Source of the DNA: a virus
IMG/VR virus record: IMGVR_UViG_3300045988_147927
Coordinates: 1-64,000 of that record
DNA: 64,000 nucleotides
Reading direction: 5' to 3' (one strand)
This document shows, one piece after another, positions 34,078 to 45,300 of the stretch (positions are counted from its first letter, which is position 1; the number at the start of each line of letters is the position of its first letter). A program made the position numbers and the translations under genes. Under the pieces are notes generated by a model that was not told the origin of the DNA, ran no database searches, and saw only the letters and a program-made list of their open reading frames with translations.

Positions 34078-34162
34078 TTATATGGGGTTATATTATTGTA
34101 TATAAATAATTTTAGTAGGAATACTTTAGATATTTTATTTAATACGTACAGAAGAGGTTTAT

Positions 34163-35113
34163 ATGGTTCAAGAGAATACATTTAGTTTAGGTTCTGATGT
34201 TTTTGGTGATAATAATAGTGGTGTTGAAAGAGTAGATGTTATTAACAAAGATGTTAGAGTAGATGATTTAGGTGTTAGGGAAGATAAAAAAGACATGGTA
34301 GAAAACAATACAAAAGTTGATACTATTGCAAGAGATTTAGATAGGGAAGATATGTCAGCTGGTTCTAAGAAAAGTAAATTAGATTATGAAACAACAGTTT
34401 TGTTACCATCTAAAGGGATTTTATATAGAGAGGACGGTATACCTGCTAATATTACTTTACGTGGTATGACAACTCGTGATGAGAAGATTATGTATGCTAG
34501 TCAGGGTGCTGATGTATTTAAAAAGATTCTAAGGAATTGTATTGTTTCACCTGAGAATATTGATATTAATCGTCTTATTAGTGCTGATGAAATGTTCTTA
34601 ATTTTGCAGTTAAGGATGGTAACTTTTGGTGATAAATATAAAGTACGTTCTACTTGTCCTCATTGTGGTGCTGTAGATGAGCATGAAATTAGTTTGTCTG
34701 ATTTTGAGACTTTATATTTAGATGATGATTTCACAGAGCCTATTAAAGTTGAGTTACCTCGAAGTGGGGATGTTATTTCTTTACGTTTGTTGCGTAACTC
34801 AGATACTGAGTATGTTGAAAAATATGCTAAAAGGTTTGCTAAACAATTTAATCAGAATTATAAAGAAGTGTTGTATATCTGTAGGATGGCTAAGTATATT
34901 GTTGCTATTAATGATAAACCAGTAGATTTCATTGATGCTAGGTCTTATGTAGAAAATATGTTATCTATGGATAGTGCTAAAATGCAGTCTGTTATTGGTA
35001 GTATTATTGTAGGTGTTGATACAACTGTAGAACATGAATGTACTACTTGTGGTGAGTATTACGATTTTCAAATGCCTATTACGAGTGAGTTTTTTCGTCC
35101 CACAATTAAGTAG
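34163..35113 (+). CDS. tail assembly chaperone-like protein with zinc ribbon
   Basis: Located between the tube and tape-measure genes. CPHCG...CTTCG cysteine pairs. Confidence 0.5.
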   Translation: MVQENTFSLGSDVFGDNNSGVERVDVINKDVRVDDLGVREDKKDMVENNTKVDTIARDLDREDMSAGSKKSKLDYETTVLLPSKGILYREDGIPANITLRGMTTRDEKIMYASQGADVFKKILRNCIVSPENIDINRLISADEMFLILQLRMVTFGDKYKVRSTCPHCGAVDEHEISLSDFETLYLDDDFTEPIKVELPRSGDVISLRLLRNSDTEYVEKYAKRFAKQFNQNYKEVLYICRMAKYIVAINDKPVDFIDARSYVENMLSMDSAKMQSVIGSIIVGVDTTVEHECTTCGEYYDFQMPITSEFFRPTIK

Positions 35114-35369
35114 TTATAATACTGAAGAAGAGAATAAAGTTGCTAGGGAGATTCGTTTTTCCGCATTTAGGGTTCTCATGAAAGAGGCTTTTCAGTTAGC
35201 ATATTTTGGGAGAGTTTCTTATGAGTCTGTTGATAATATGAGTTCTTTAGAGAGAAGAACTATGTATCAATTATTAGTTGAGCAGAAGAAGGAAGAAAAG
35301 AAAGCACAAGATGAGGCTATTCAGAAGGCTAAAGAGAATAAAGGTTCTCGTAGGCATAGAAGGAGGTAG
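35094..35369 (+). CDS. frameshift extension of the tail assembly chaperone (+1 frame)
   Basis: The +1 frame is open across the end of 34163..35113 and continues for 85 codons beyond its stop. It has no start codon or RBS of its own. TTT-TTT-CGT at 35090-35098 is a plausible +1 slip site. The product tail is basic (KKEEKKAQDE...SRRHRRR). Confidence 0.45.
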   Translation, partial: FVPQLSSYNTEEENKVAREIRFSAFRVLMKEAFQLAYFGRVSYESVDNMSSLERRTMYQLLVEQKKEEKKAQDEAIQKAKENKGSRRHRRR

Positions 35370-35398
35370 CCTCTTTCTTTTATATTGGTGGTTTGTAT

Positions 35399-38300
35399 AT
35401 GGATGAAGCAAAGAATAAAGAAAATCTAAATAAACGTATACAAAAGATAGAGCAAAAAGAGGCTAAAAGGGTTGAAAAGCAGATTGCTAAACGTGAGCAA
35501 CGTTTTTCTAAAATGCTAGACAATCAGATGAATATGCTAGAGAAGTTCTATGAGACTTCTAATAAGAAAACAAAGGATAGACTTAGTAGTGGGTTACAGA
35601 ATCAGCAGACAATCTTAGAGGATAATTTGTCTGATATGAAGAGAGAGTTCAACTTATATGCTAAGTATATGGACAACAGTACTCGTAAGTATTATAAGGG
35701 TATGATTTCTGTTGCTGATGAAAATTTACAAACAATGAAAGACACAGTATCTAAGCGTTTTGGTGAAATGACTGATGATATTGAAGATGAGATTGTGGGT
35801 ATGACTGATTCTATCTCTGATAGGGTGAAGAGGTTTACAAAGGATATTAGAGATGCCGCTATAGCTTTGGAATTAACAGATGTTGCTGACAATGTTAAAA
35901 GTCAATTAACAGACATTACAGACTCTTTTATTGACAATTTTAGGGAACGTAGTGCTATGTATAATGGCAACATTACAAAAGGCAGTTATCAAAAAATGAT
36001 AGGTAGTGTTGTGGATTCATCATATGCTATGAGTAGGTCAGAGGCATCTGAGCTTGTAAATTCTGTTATGGATGAGATGTCTATGAAAACGGGTGAGCAG
36101 TTAGAGCCGTATTTGAAAGAGATATCAGCGTTACATGCTTCTATAGATGCTAATATTAATGATATGACTGGTATTATGAGAGCAGATATAAATTCAGGGG
36201 CTAGGGGTGCTATATTTAAGAGTATTTCTAATATAGCGACTGGACTTGGTTCTGATACGAATTTAACTGTTGATAGTAATGCTATGTTATCTTCTATGAA
36301 TGAGCATATTGAGGACTTATTTAATTTGTCAAAAGGTGATTCTAAAAAATTCACAGGTATGACTAAATCATTGGCTACGATGGAAGGTATTCAGCAACAA
36401 GAATATAATAAAGGTGTTGAGGAAGCAGGGGGCAAGATTGTAGAGTGGTCTAAAATGTCTGTTCCTGAACTTCTTAAAGATGATGATTTTGTCCATTTTA
36501 CTGCTTTGAGTGGCATGACTGCACAAGATTTCAGAGATAATATTGATAGTGGTAATGCTGATAAAGTCATGATGGCTATGCAAGATACGTTGAAAGATGT
36601 AAAAAATGACCAGTTCGCTTTGAATCAACGTAGAGAGATGTTAGGGTTTAGTTCGGATGCTGTTGCGATGGCTTTAGCAGATGAGGATAGTTTAGCTGAT
36701 AACTTGAAGAAAGTTACTGATAATATTAATGCTAATGCAGATAAGACTGGTTCAAATGCTGAAAGTATGGCTGGTAAGTCTACAGGATTCGTAGAAAAAA
36801 TTGGTAATTGGTTGTCTGATTCATTCCCAGTTAGGTTGGTATCTGATTTCTTTAGTCAGTTAGATGTTAAAGCCGCCAACTTAGCAAATTACGCTATTAT
36901 AGCTTATACCGCCGCTAATGCGTGGGGTAATGTAAAAGGATATTTCAATAGTTTTAAAGGAATATCTAAAGGTTTTAAAGGGATGGGAACATTCTTTGAA
37001 AAGGGAGGATTAAAGAGGGTATTCAGTTCTAAAGGTGCTTTAAGTGGTGCTATAGAGAGTGGATTATCTTCTGTGTTTGGTAAGACAGGAGGTTTTTTCA
37101 GTAAGGTATTTGATGGCTTTAAAGGTGTGTTTTCGTGGGTAGGTAGAGTATTCTATGCAAATGCACCTGAGGGGATAATAAGGGCTTTATCTAAAGTTGG
37201 TTCTAAATTATGGAAGCCTTTTTCTGATTTCTTTGGTACTATTTTCTCTAAAATAGGTAGTAGTGGTATTGGTAAAATATTCAGTAAGTGGTTTGGTGGG
37301 GGAATATTTAAAGTCTTAGGTAAATTTATACCAATCATTGGTGGATTTTTTGATGTTATATTAGACTTCTTTGATGGTTTGAATAATGTTGATAAATGGT
37401 TTGGTGAGAATCATAGTCTATTTGATACTATTATGAGTGGATTAATAGGTTCTATTTTTGGTACTGGTAGTGGTGTTCAAGGTAAGGATTTCGTGAATGA
37501 TTTTCTCACTGTTTTGGCTGGTGCTTTTAAAGGTGGTGCAGCTGGTTTCGCAGTAGGTGGGCCTATGGGTGCCTTGGTAGGTGCTATTATAGGTGCTATT
37601 GCTAATGCTATTGGTGGTGACAGGATTGCTAATGCATTTAATGACTTCAAAGATAGGATTATAGGTATTTTTGATGGTATATTTGATGCTTTACATGATT
37701 TAGTAGCTGATTCATGGGTTGGTAAGTTGTTTGGTATGGAAAAGACTAATCCAGATGCTACAACTTCTGATAATTTAGGGACTATATTTAAGGGTGGTTT
37801 AGAGTTAAATCCATTTTTAGCACCAGCGATGGCTGTATATAATAAGATGACTACACCTATTGATGATAGTGATATAGGTTCTCATGCCGATGGTTTATCA
37901 AATGTACCTTATGATAATTATTTAGCATATTTACATAAAGGTGAGGCTGTTTTAACTGCTAATCAAGCTGGTGCCGTTAGGTCTGATGGTGGTATTGATG
38001 TTGGTAATAGTGGTTCTTTGATTAATGCTTTAGGGCTAAATGGTGAAATAGGTCAAGGACGTTCTGTATTTGAGAAAGTGTTAAGAGGTGTTTTTGGTAT
38101 CACTGGTGAGGATACGTATGGTGTAGGTGGTCTTTTTGGTACTATACTTAAAAACTTATTTAATATTGGTAGTGATGGTATAGGTGGTCTTTTTGGTGAT
38201 GGTTCTTTATTAGACAAATTAAAGTCATTGATTGGTGGTAGTGATTCTTCTTCATCAGGTGGTGGAAAGGGTGCCCCTATGTCTACTGGTAAAGGTGATT

Positions 38301-39070
38301 CTAAGAAGGTGTGGGATTTCTTAGCTGGTAAGGGGTTTTCTGCTAATGCTATTGCTGGCATTATGGGGAATTTACAGGAAGAGAGTGGATTCCGTAGTGG
38401 TGCTATTGAAGGTGATATGGGGAAAACAAATGAGGATTTACTTAAACAGATTACTGCTAGTAAAGATGCATTTTTGGCTCATCAAGGTGGTTTTGGTTTA
38501 GCACAATGGACAAGTGATAACAGAAAATCTGATTTATGGGATTATGCACAGTCTAAGGGTAAGAGTGTTGCTGATTATGATACTCAGTTAGAGTTCTTAT
38601 TTAAGGAATTAAAAGAAAATTATTCTGATACTTATGATGCTTTAATGAATGGTAGCATATCTTTAGAGGAAGCTTGTACAGTATTCGGTGATAAGTATGA
38701 GGGTTTTGGCGCAAATTCAGCCGCTAATAGGTTAGCTAATGCTAAACAAGTATATCAAGATAGTACAGCTACAGCAGGTAGTGGAAAACCTCAATACGCT
38801 CAGGGTACACCTTGGGTACCTGATACACAGGTTGCTTTAATTCACGAGGGAGAGATGGTAGTACCAGCTGATGTAAACCCACTTAATACAACTACAAGTA
38901 CAACAACTGTTTCAGATGAAGATGGTAGTGAAAATGTAGTAGACGCTATAAAGTGGCAAGTTAGTAGGTTGGAGGCTAAGTTTGATATATTAATTAATAT
39001 ATTATCAGGTGGCTCTAGTACTAGAGGTGTTAGTGGTAGTACTTCAGTCGATAATTTGTTGAGAGTGTAA
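35399..39070 (+). CDS. tail tape measure protein with C-terminal lysozyme-like domain
   Basis: 1224 aa. Coiled-coil N-terminal half and Gly-rich hydrophobic middle (GxxxG runs). AIAGIMGNLQEESGFRSGAIEGD...GFGLAQWT is the tail-associated lysozyme pattern. Confidence 0.85.
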   Translation: MDEAKNKENLNKRIQKIEQKEAKRVEKQIAKREQRFSKMLDNQMNMLEKFYETSNKKTKDRLSSGLQNQQTILEDNLSDMKREFNLYAKYMDNSTRKYYKGMISVADENLQTMKDTVSKRFGEMTDDIEDEIVGMTDSISDRVKRFTKDIRDAAIALELTDVADNVKSQLTDITDSFIDNFRERSAMYNGNITKGSYQKMIGSVVDSSYAMSRSEASELVNSVMDEMSMKTGEQLEPYLKEISALHASIDANINDMTGIMRADINSGARGAIFKSISNIATGLGSDTNLTVDSNAMLSSMNEHIEDLFNLSKGDSKKFTGMTKSLATMEGIQQQEYNKGVEEAGGKIVEWSKMSVPELLKDDDFVHFTALSGMTAQDFRDNIDSGNADKVMMAMQDTLKDVKNDQFALNQRREMLGFSSDAVAMALADEDSLADNLKKVTDNINANADKTGSNAESMAGKSTGFVEKIGNWLSDSFPVRLVSDFFSQLDVKAANLANYAIIAYTAANAWGNVKGYFNSFKGISKGFKGMGTFFEKGGLKRVFSSKGALSGAIESGLSSVFGKTGGFFSKVFDGFKGVFSWVGRVFYANAPEGIIRALSKVGSKLWKPFSDFFGTIFSKIGSSGIGKIFSKWFGGGIFKVLGKFIPIIGGFFDVILDFFDGLNNVDKWFGENHSLFDTIMSGLIGSIFGTGSGVQGKDFVNDFLTVLAGAFKGGAAGFAVGGPMGALVGAIIGAIANAIGGDRIANAFNDFKDRIIGIFDGIFDALHDLVADSWVGKLFGMEKTNPDATTSDNLGTIFKGGLELNPFLAPAMAVYNKMTTPIDDSDIGSHADGLSNVPYDNYLAYLHKGEAVLTANQAGAVRSDGGIDVGNSGSLINALGLNGEIGQGRSVFEKVLRGVFGITGEDTYGVGGLFGTILKNLFNIGSDGIGGLFGDGSLLDKLKSLIGGSDSSSSGGGKGAPMSTGKGDSKKVWDFLAGKGFSANAIAGIMGNLQEESGFRSGAIEGDMGKTNEDLLKQITASKDAFLAHQGGFGLAQWTSDNRKSDLWDYAQSKGKSVADYDTQLEFLFKELKENYSDTYDALMNGSISLEEACTVFGDKYEGFGANSAANRLANAKQVYQDSTATAGSGKPQYAQGTPWVPDTQVALIHEGEMVVPADVNPLNTTTSTTTVSDEDGSENVVDAIKWQVSRLEAKFDILINILSGGSSTRGVSGSTSVDNLLRV

Positions 39071-39090
39071 TGTTTGGGGGTGTTTGAGTT

Positions 39091-39687
39091 TTGGCAAATG
39101 ACTTTAGTTCTGACAAGTATTCTATGTCAGTTGGTAAGAGTGGGGTTACTACGATGCAGTGGAATCCCACTCAAATCGTACCTTGTTACATTGTAAATCT
39201 TGTTACAGGTATGAAGATTAATTTTGCGACTCTACCTACAGATGTTTCTGAGGATTACTCTGCTAGTTTCGGTTCTCAGCAACCTATGGGTAGGTCATCT
39301 CCATATTTTAACTATGAAAATAGTGAGGCTAGGACAGTTTCTTATAGCGTTACATTGCATAAAGATATTGTACCTGATATGGAGAATGTTGTATTAGAGT
39401 GTAAGAAGTTAGTCTATCCTAAGTATACTGGTAGTTTAGTTACACCGCCTTATTGTTATGTGAGGTTTGGTGCTATGATAAATATGACTGCTATAGTCAA
39501 TTCAGTTAGTGTTGAGTGGGGTGGTGCAGCTGGAACTATATTAGGAGATACTTTGGATAGTGAGTCTTTAGGGGGAAATAGTTCACCTACATATTCTGAT
39601 GTACAATTAAGTTTTAGTTTTACTGAATTAAGATTACGTTCCTTAATGCAAGCTGATAATGTATTTGACGAAGGGCCAGTAAGGTAG
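39091..39687 (+). CDS. baseplate tube-initiator-like protein
   Basis: Position after the tape measure. ATLPTDVSEDYSASF...GRSSPYFNYENSEARTVSYSVTLH...LVYPKY...PPYCYVRFG resembles tube-fold baseplate proteins. TTG start after GGGGGTG. Confidence 0.45.
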   Translation: MANDFSSDKYSMSVGKSGVTTMQWNPTQIVPCYIVNLVTGMKINFATLPTDVSEDYSASFGSQQPMGRSSPYFNYENSEARTVSYSVTLHKDIVPDMENVVLECKKLVYPKYTGSLVTPPYCYVRFGAMINMTAIVNSVSVEWGGAAGTILGDTLDSESLGGNSSPTYSDVQLSFSFTELRLRSLMQADNVFDEGPVR

Positions 39688-39696
39688 GTGATTTTT

Positions 39697-40053
39697 ATGC
39701 ATAAACCGTCATTAATAAAAACAGAAATAACACAGTCTTTTACAAGTAGACAGGATAAAATATCTCGATATTCTAAATTAAAGAGGTTAGTTAATCTCAA
39801 TGGTGATACATATATAGAAACACCTAACAAGTTTACAATAGAGGAGAGTAATAGGGATATTTACTACTCTGTTGAGAAAGGTTTTGAGGATAGATTAGAT
39901 TTAATATCTAATAAATTTTATGGTACACCGTTAATGTACTGGGCAATAGCTGTTATGAATCATATAGATAACCCTTTAGATGTTCCTGTAGGTGTTGTGT
40001 TGAGGATACCAGCCATTGAGTCCATTTACGATACAGGGGTGATTCAAATTTGA
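39697..40053 (+). CDS. LysM-like tail protein (P2 gpX / XkdP-like)
   Basis: FEDRLDLISNKFYGTPLMYWAIAVMNHIDNPLDVPVGVVLRIP is a LysM-type pattern, in the conserved position upstream of the hub gene. Confidence 0.6.
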   Translation: MHKPSLIKTEITQSFTSRQDKISRYSKLKRLVNLNGDTYIETPNKFTIEESNRDIYYSVEKGFEDRLDLISNKFYGTPLMYWAIAVMNHIDNPLDVPVGVVLRIPAIESIYDTGVIQI

Positions 40054-40541
40054 GTGATTACAAAGATAGTCTTATTACTAGAAATTTAAGTCCTCATCAG
40101 CCTCTATATGCTTTTATAGATTTAAGTATTGATGGGCATAATATATCATATTTCGGTAATAAAGAATTTAATGATTCAGTAATTAGTCTTAATGTGGAAA
40201 GAAAAGGTACTTCTAATCAAGATTTAGCTGGTTCTACTTTTGATATAGAGTTGTATGATGATACTGCTTTAAGAATAGAAGAGCTGTTAGCGAATACTAT
40301 ACCAGCAGGTTCAAATTTTAAGACCGCTAAAGAGTTGAAAGATACTGGTAATAAGGTTACTGATGGTAATATCGAGTGGAAACAACAAGAGGAAGCTAAG
40401 AAAAAAGAGCAGGCAGAGAAGGATAATACATATACAGAGGAAGATGAAAAGAAAGACCCTAATCATAAAGCAGGCACTAAAAAACAGTCTGGTGGTGCAA
40501 CTCAGTCTGGAAATGTTAGGTGTAAATATGGATGGTGTGAT
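40050..40541 (+). CDS. baseplate hub / late-control-D-like multidomain protein, exon 1 (164 codons)
   Basis: TTG start after AGGGGTG. Ends ...NVRCKYGWCD, then an in-frame TAA that is the first triplet of element B. Confidence 0.65.
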
Positions 40542-41028
40542 TAAATGTGCTACATATATTCATAGTTATAGTTATGAATAGGTATGTATATAGCACGTAT
40601 AGTCCATACATCTAGTGATAGGTGTGTGTCGAGTGGTAACACTCGGAGATTCATTGAATTGCTGGAAAGTCCTAAAGCTCAATTAACTACAACGTGATAT
40701 CTAATAATATGATATGAGCGTGAATGGTAGCGAAAGCAGAAAAAATAATTGAGATGGTATAAGGTGAAATAAAAGCTATATCACATATGATATAGTCCTA
40801 AGTACTGAGATAATGGACAATCAGCAGCCAAGCACGTAAGTGAAGGTTCAACGACTATCCTGTGAAGGAGTACGGCTCTAGTGAGTGGGTGAGAATCCCT
40901 TAAATGGAAGTGGTGAAGGTCTTTCAGATAGAAAGATTAAGATATAGTCTGTGCCTACATGAAAGTGTAGGATGCACGTAGTGGTGCTGGCTAGAAGTAG
41001 CGATTCTAGTTGAACGAGCATCCTCTCA
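40542..41028 (+). ncRNA. group I intron catalytic core (copy B)
   Basis: AAGATATAGTC at 40939-40949. GGTTCAACGACTAT. Hairpins CGAGTG-GTAA-CACTCG and CAC-GTAA-GTG. CCTACA-TGAAAG-TGTAGG (40954-40971) covaries with copy A. Confidence 0.7.
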
Positions 41029-41131
41029 TAGAGAGTTTTATGGTTTTATATATATTGAAATTAATCTCCTTTTGTAGTACATTAATAATATAATGTTTAT
41101 TGTTAATGATACGAAAGGGGGTGTAAATCTC

Positions 41132-42224
41132 GTGAATAAGAGTTTTAAAGTTAGGATTTATCCAAATCAAGAACAGAAAGTCTTGATTGATAAGACATTT
41201 GGATGTGCAAGATTCATATACAATTTTATGTTGAATCTGAAACAAAAATTGTATGAGTATCATAATATTTCTTTAGGTTTTTATGACCTATCTAAGATTC
41301 TTACAGAAATTAAAAGACATAAATTGTGGCTTAAAGAAGTTGATAAGTGGGCATTACAAAATGCTTTAAAAGATTTAGATAGTGCTTATAAAAGATTTTA
41401 TAATGGTGGTGGATTTCCTAAGTTTAAATCTAAAAAGCGAGATAAAAACTCCTATCGTACAAATCATAGAATACAGTTAATTGTAGATAATAAGAAAGTT
41501 AAAATTTCCTAAAGTTGGTAGTATTAAGTTCAGAGATAAAAGTAGATTTGATGGAATTACTAAAATTTATAATATCACTATTTCTAGGACATCTAGTGGA
41601 AAATATTATGCTAGTATATCTGCTGAGGTTAATATTGAACATTTTGAGAAAACCAATCAGAGTGTGGGTATTGACTTGGGATTAAAAGATTTCTGTATCT
41701 TAAATGATGGAACTAAGTTTGAAAATCCTAAATTTTTAGTTAGAAATGAAAAGCGACTTAGATTACTTCAAAAATCGTTAAGTCGCAAGATTTGTGGTTC
41801 TAAAAACTATGAAAAAGCTAAGATAAAGTTAGCTAAATTTCATGAGTATATTGTTAATTTTCGTAAAGATTATTTACATAAAATATCGTTATATTTGGTT
41901 AGAAATTATGATATTTTATGTGCAGAAACATTGAGAGTTAAGAATATGGTAAAGAATCATAAGTTAGCTAAATCAATTAGTGATGTTAGTTGGTATGAAT
42001 TTTGTAGGCAGTTAGAGTATAAGTGTCTGTGGTATGGAAAGAGATTTGTACAGATTAGTACATATTTTGCATCATCACAAATATGTTCTAATTGTGGGTA
42101 TAAGAATTCTGATGTTAAAAATCTCAATGTAAGAGAATGGACTTGCTCTAAATGTGGCAGTCATAATGAAAGAGATATCAATGCATCGATTAATATTTTG
42201 CATGAAGGATTAAGAATTATATAA
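41132..42224 (+). pseudogene. tnpB: tnpB with a single frameshift near nt 41490-41510
   Basis: GTG start after GAAAGGGGGTG. The N-terminal frame stops at 41510-41512 (...DNKKVKIS*). The continuation [45 protein letters not shown]...GIDLGLKDF is in the +1 frame. The downstream RuvC and zinc-ribbon motifs are intact. Confidence 0.75.
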
Positions 42225-42228
42225 TTTC

Positions 42229-42359
42229 AGTATATAGAACCATAGGACATATGGGGATAGCCTACTGTCATAGTGTAAGACGTATAGTGAATCTGTTTCA
42301 TTATGTGTAATTATTGGGTAGGAACTTCGTCACTTTAATGAGTGGTGAGAGGATGTCAG
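42229..42359 (+). ncRNA. 3'-terminal RNA module of element B
   Basis: GGACATATGGGGATAGCCTACTGTC...TTGGGTAGGAACTTCGTCACTTTAATGAGTGGTGAGAGGATGTCAG is homologous to 27818..27948. Confidence 0.6.
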
Positions 42360-45300
42360 AGAAAAGGTCAAGTAATAGAAGATATTTCTCTTATAGGGAA
42401 GGCTTTAAAATATACCTTAGCTTTTGAGGGGCCTGCTTTAACCCTAACATTAAATTGTGTGGCTGAGGCTGATGTTAAGACTACGCAAAAGTTGAATATG
42501 GAGTTTAGCGCTGAAAAGTTTGGGGGTAAGCCATCAGATATTGTTAGAGCATTATGTGAGAAAGCTCATATCAAGATTGGTCGGATTGTAGAAACAAAAC
42601 CAATCTTAGGTGATGATGGTAAACCTAAAGAGTTTAAGATGGGTTCTCGTACTATGAGGGAGTTTATTGCAGATGAGTTGTTAGAAAAAGCTACACCTAC
42701 TGATTCTGATAAACCTGGTTATAAATTCTTTTTGCAAGTTGTTGATGGGGAAGAGAAAGCATTTTTTGTTCCTAATGATATGTATGGTGATATGACTGTT
42801 ATCACATATAAGAAGATGGAAGAGACTACAACAACTACTACAACCACAACAACTTCTAATGATAAGCCTAGTGGGTTAAGTCCGTATCAAAAAGTTATGG
42901 GTGTATCTACGCCAATTCTAGGGCATACAAGAGATACTAATGTTAGTGTAGTAGGTGATGGTAAGGTTGTCTTTGTAGGTGATTTTAGAGTTAGAGATTT
43001 ACAAAATTCAGTACCTGATAATAAAGATTTAATGTATATCTATGATGATAAAGCTAATTATAGGTGGTTAAAGGATAACTTTGAATTAATAGAGTCTAAG
43101 TTACATATGGGGTATCGTGTATATTTTATGTTAGGGCATAATGATATAGACAATATTCTTAATTATGTTGAGTTTTATAATAAAGTAGCTAAAGAATTAG
43201 ATACAAAGGGTGTTCAAGTCTTTGTTGTATCTGTTTTACCTGTTTTCATGGGTAAAACAGATTTACATAATAGTAATATACAACGATTTAATAATGCTAT
43301 AAATCAGAATAGAGTTAGGGAATTGCATTATGTAAATATTTATGGTGATATTTTAAAGACTTTAAGAAGTAATAATACTAAACAAGATGGTATTTCTTAT
43401 AATAATAGATTAATGCAAGATGTATATAATAGAATAGTCTATTATCGTGAGGATTTAACTACATCTAAGAATATAGGTCTTAGTAGAAGTAATATTATAA
43501 ATGGGTTAGAATTTGTTACACATACATTACCGGATATGTTAAATACAAATTCATATCAAGGTAATGTTTCAGATGATGAGTATTATGGTAGTTTTATTGG
43601 TGTAGAGGAAGATACATCAAACCTAGTAGCATTAGCTTTAGCTGATGCCTCAAATGAGGATATAGCAAATTTACTATCTGAGATGACATTGTGGAAGATG
43701 TACTTAGAGGATGAGAATAATAAGGTATCTAAGGTAGGTATACTTGGTAGTGATAAGACTGAGAGTATCGATAAGTCTAAGTTACAGTTTGATAAAAATA
43801 AATTAGTTAATGCTTTCATAGATGTACTAGATAAGAAGGGATATACTAAGGAAGTTAAAGAGTATGTATCACTTGTAAATACATTTACTGATACTATTAA
43901 AGATAAGAAATTAGATACAACTGATAAATATGTAAATGCTTTGACTATGTTATCTAGCAAACTTGGTAAAGATAGTTCTATTTCAAAAACTATTACTAAT
44001 GTTGTTAAGGTTATTACTGAGAATAAAGATAAGGTTCTTAATGTTAAGGACAAAAAGATTTCTTATGATGATTTAGCTACAGATATAGTTTCTAAATTAC
44101 TACCTAATCAGAGTGCTAATATAAGTAAAATCACTGATAAGGTTTCATCTATTATGAAGTTAGATAGAGATAAGATAAAAAAAGGTGATTATTCTGAATT
44201 ACAAGGAATGTTAGCTAAAGAGCTAGGGATTAATGATAAAGATATTAATAAATATGTAGAGATAGGTAAGACTATATCTGAGATATATAAGAATAGGGAA
44301 TACTTTGACATAAAAGATTTAAGTCTAGTTTCTACTGATTTATTAAAGAGTGTTGTAGGGGAAGAAAAAGTAAAAAAAGTTGAGAAGTATATAGATACTG
44401 CTCAGAATTTATACAAGGCTTTTAGTGGTGCTAAAGATATAAAGGATATCAATAGTGCTGTAACTTCTTTGTCTGATGTGTTAGGTAAGAATACAAAAAT
44501 TAATAGGTATATAGATACTGCTAGGTCTTTTATGGATATCATTAATAAAGGTAGTGTTGGTACAGGCATCATTAATACTAATAATGGAATTAGTAAAATC
44601 ATAAATGATAGGTTGCCTAATATAGCACAGGCAGGTACTTTAGGTGGAGTTGTGGCATCTACTGTAGGTATATCACCAACTTCTACTAAAGAGGTGTTAA
44701 AGGCTTATGTTCCTAAAGGTGTTGATAGTGGTGTTACTAAGGTAAATGGTAGTCCTACTGATGGTACTAAGACAGGTCAATCATCTAATGTTACAAAAGA
44801 TGGGATATCAGATGAGGAAATGAAGAAAGGTGTTAGGTCTGTTACTTTTGGTGGTAAAAAGACTAAAATGGAGATTTGTGGTGAGTATGAGATTTACACA
44901 GGAAGACCTGATGGTAGGGTAATTAGTTTCTCACCAGAGTTTGAGAGTGATAATATAGCTACAAATAAAGTACCTACAAGTGCATTGACAATAGATGGTG
45001 TTAGGAATGAGATGCTAGAGTGTACTATTGAGGGTGTTGGTGGTGCTTTAGCTAGTGATGCTTATATGGAGAGGTCTAATCAAGAGGGGAGTAGTAATGT
45101 TGGTGTTGTGTTAGGTATGAGTGGTTCTTCTTTCAAGAATTTAGAATCATCAGCCGCAAGTATGTGGAGTCGATATTTTAGTTCTGTATATGGTGCTAGT
45201 TTAGAGATATTAGGCGATACTAGAGTTAAGTTTCAAGGACATATCAAGATAGCAGTTTATACTAAGTACGGTTTTTTACACCATACCAGTGGTATTTACA

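Larger units (their letters stand above)
40542..42359 (+). mobile_element. IStron-like element B: group I intron ribozyme + frameshifted tnpB + 3'-terminal module
   Basis: 1818 nt with the same architecture and termini as element A (TAA... to ...GAGGATGTCAG). Removal fuses 40050..40541 in frame to 42360..45854. Confidence 0.75.

Noticed and set aside
34722-34925. Plus-strand alternative-frame ORFs inside real genes (34722..34925 and 40363..40581).
   Set aside because: They are embedded out of frame in the chaperone-like gene and in hub exon 1 (the latter running across the exon/intron boundary). They have no initiation signals.
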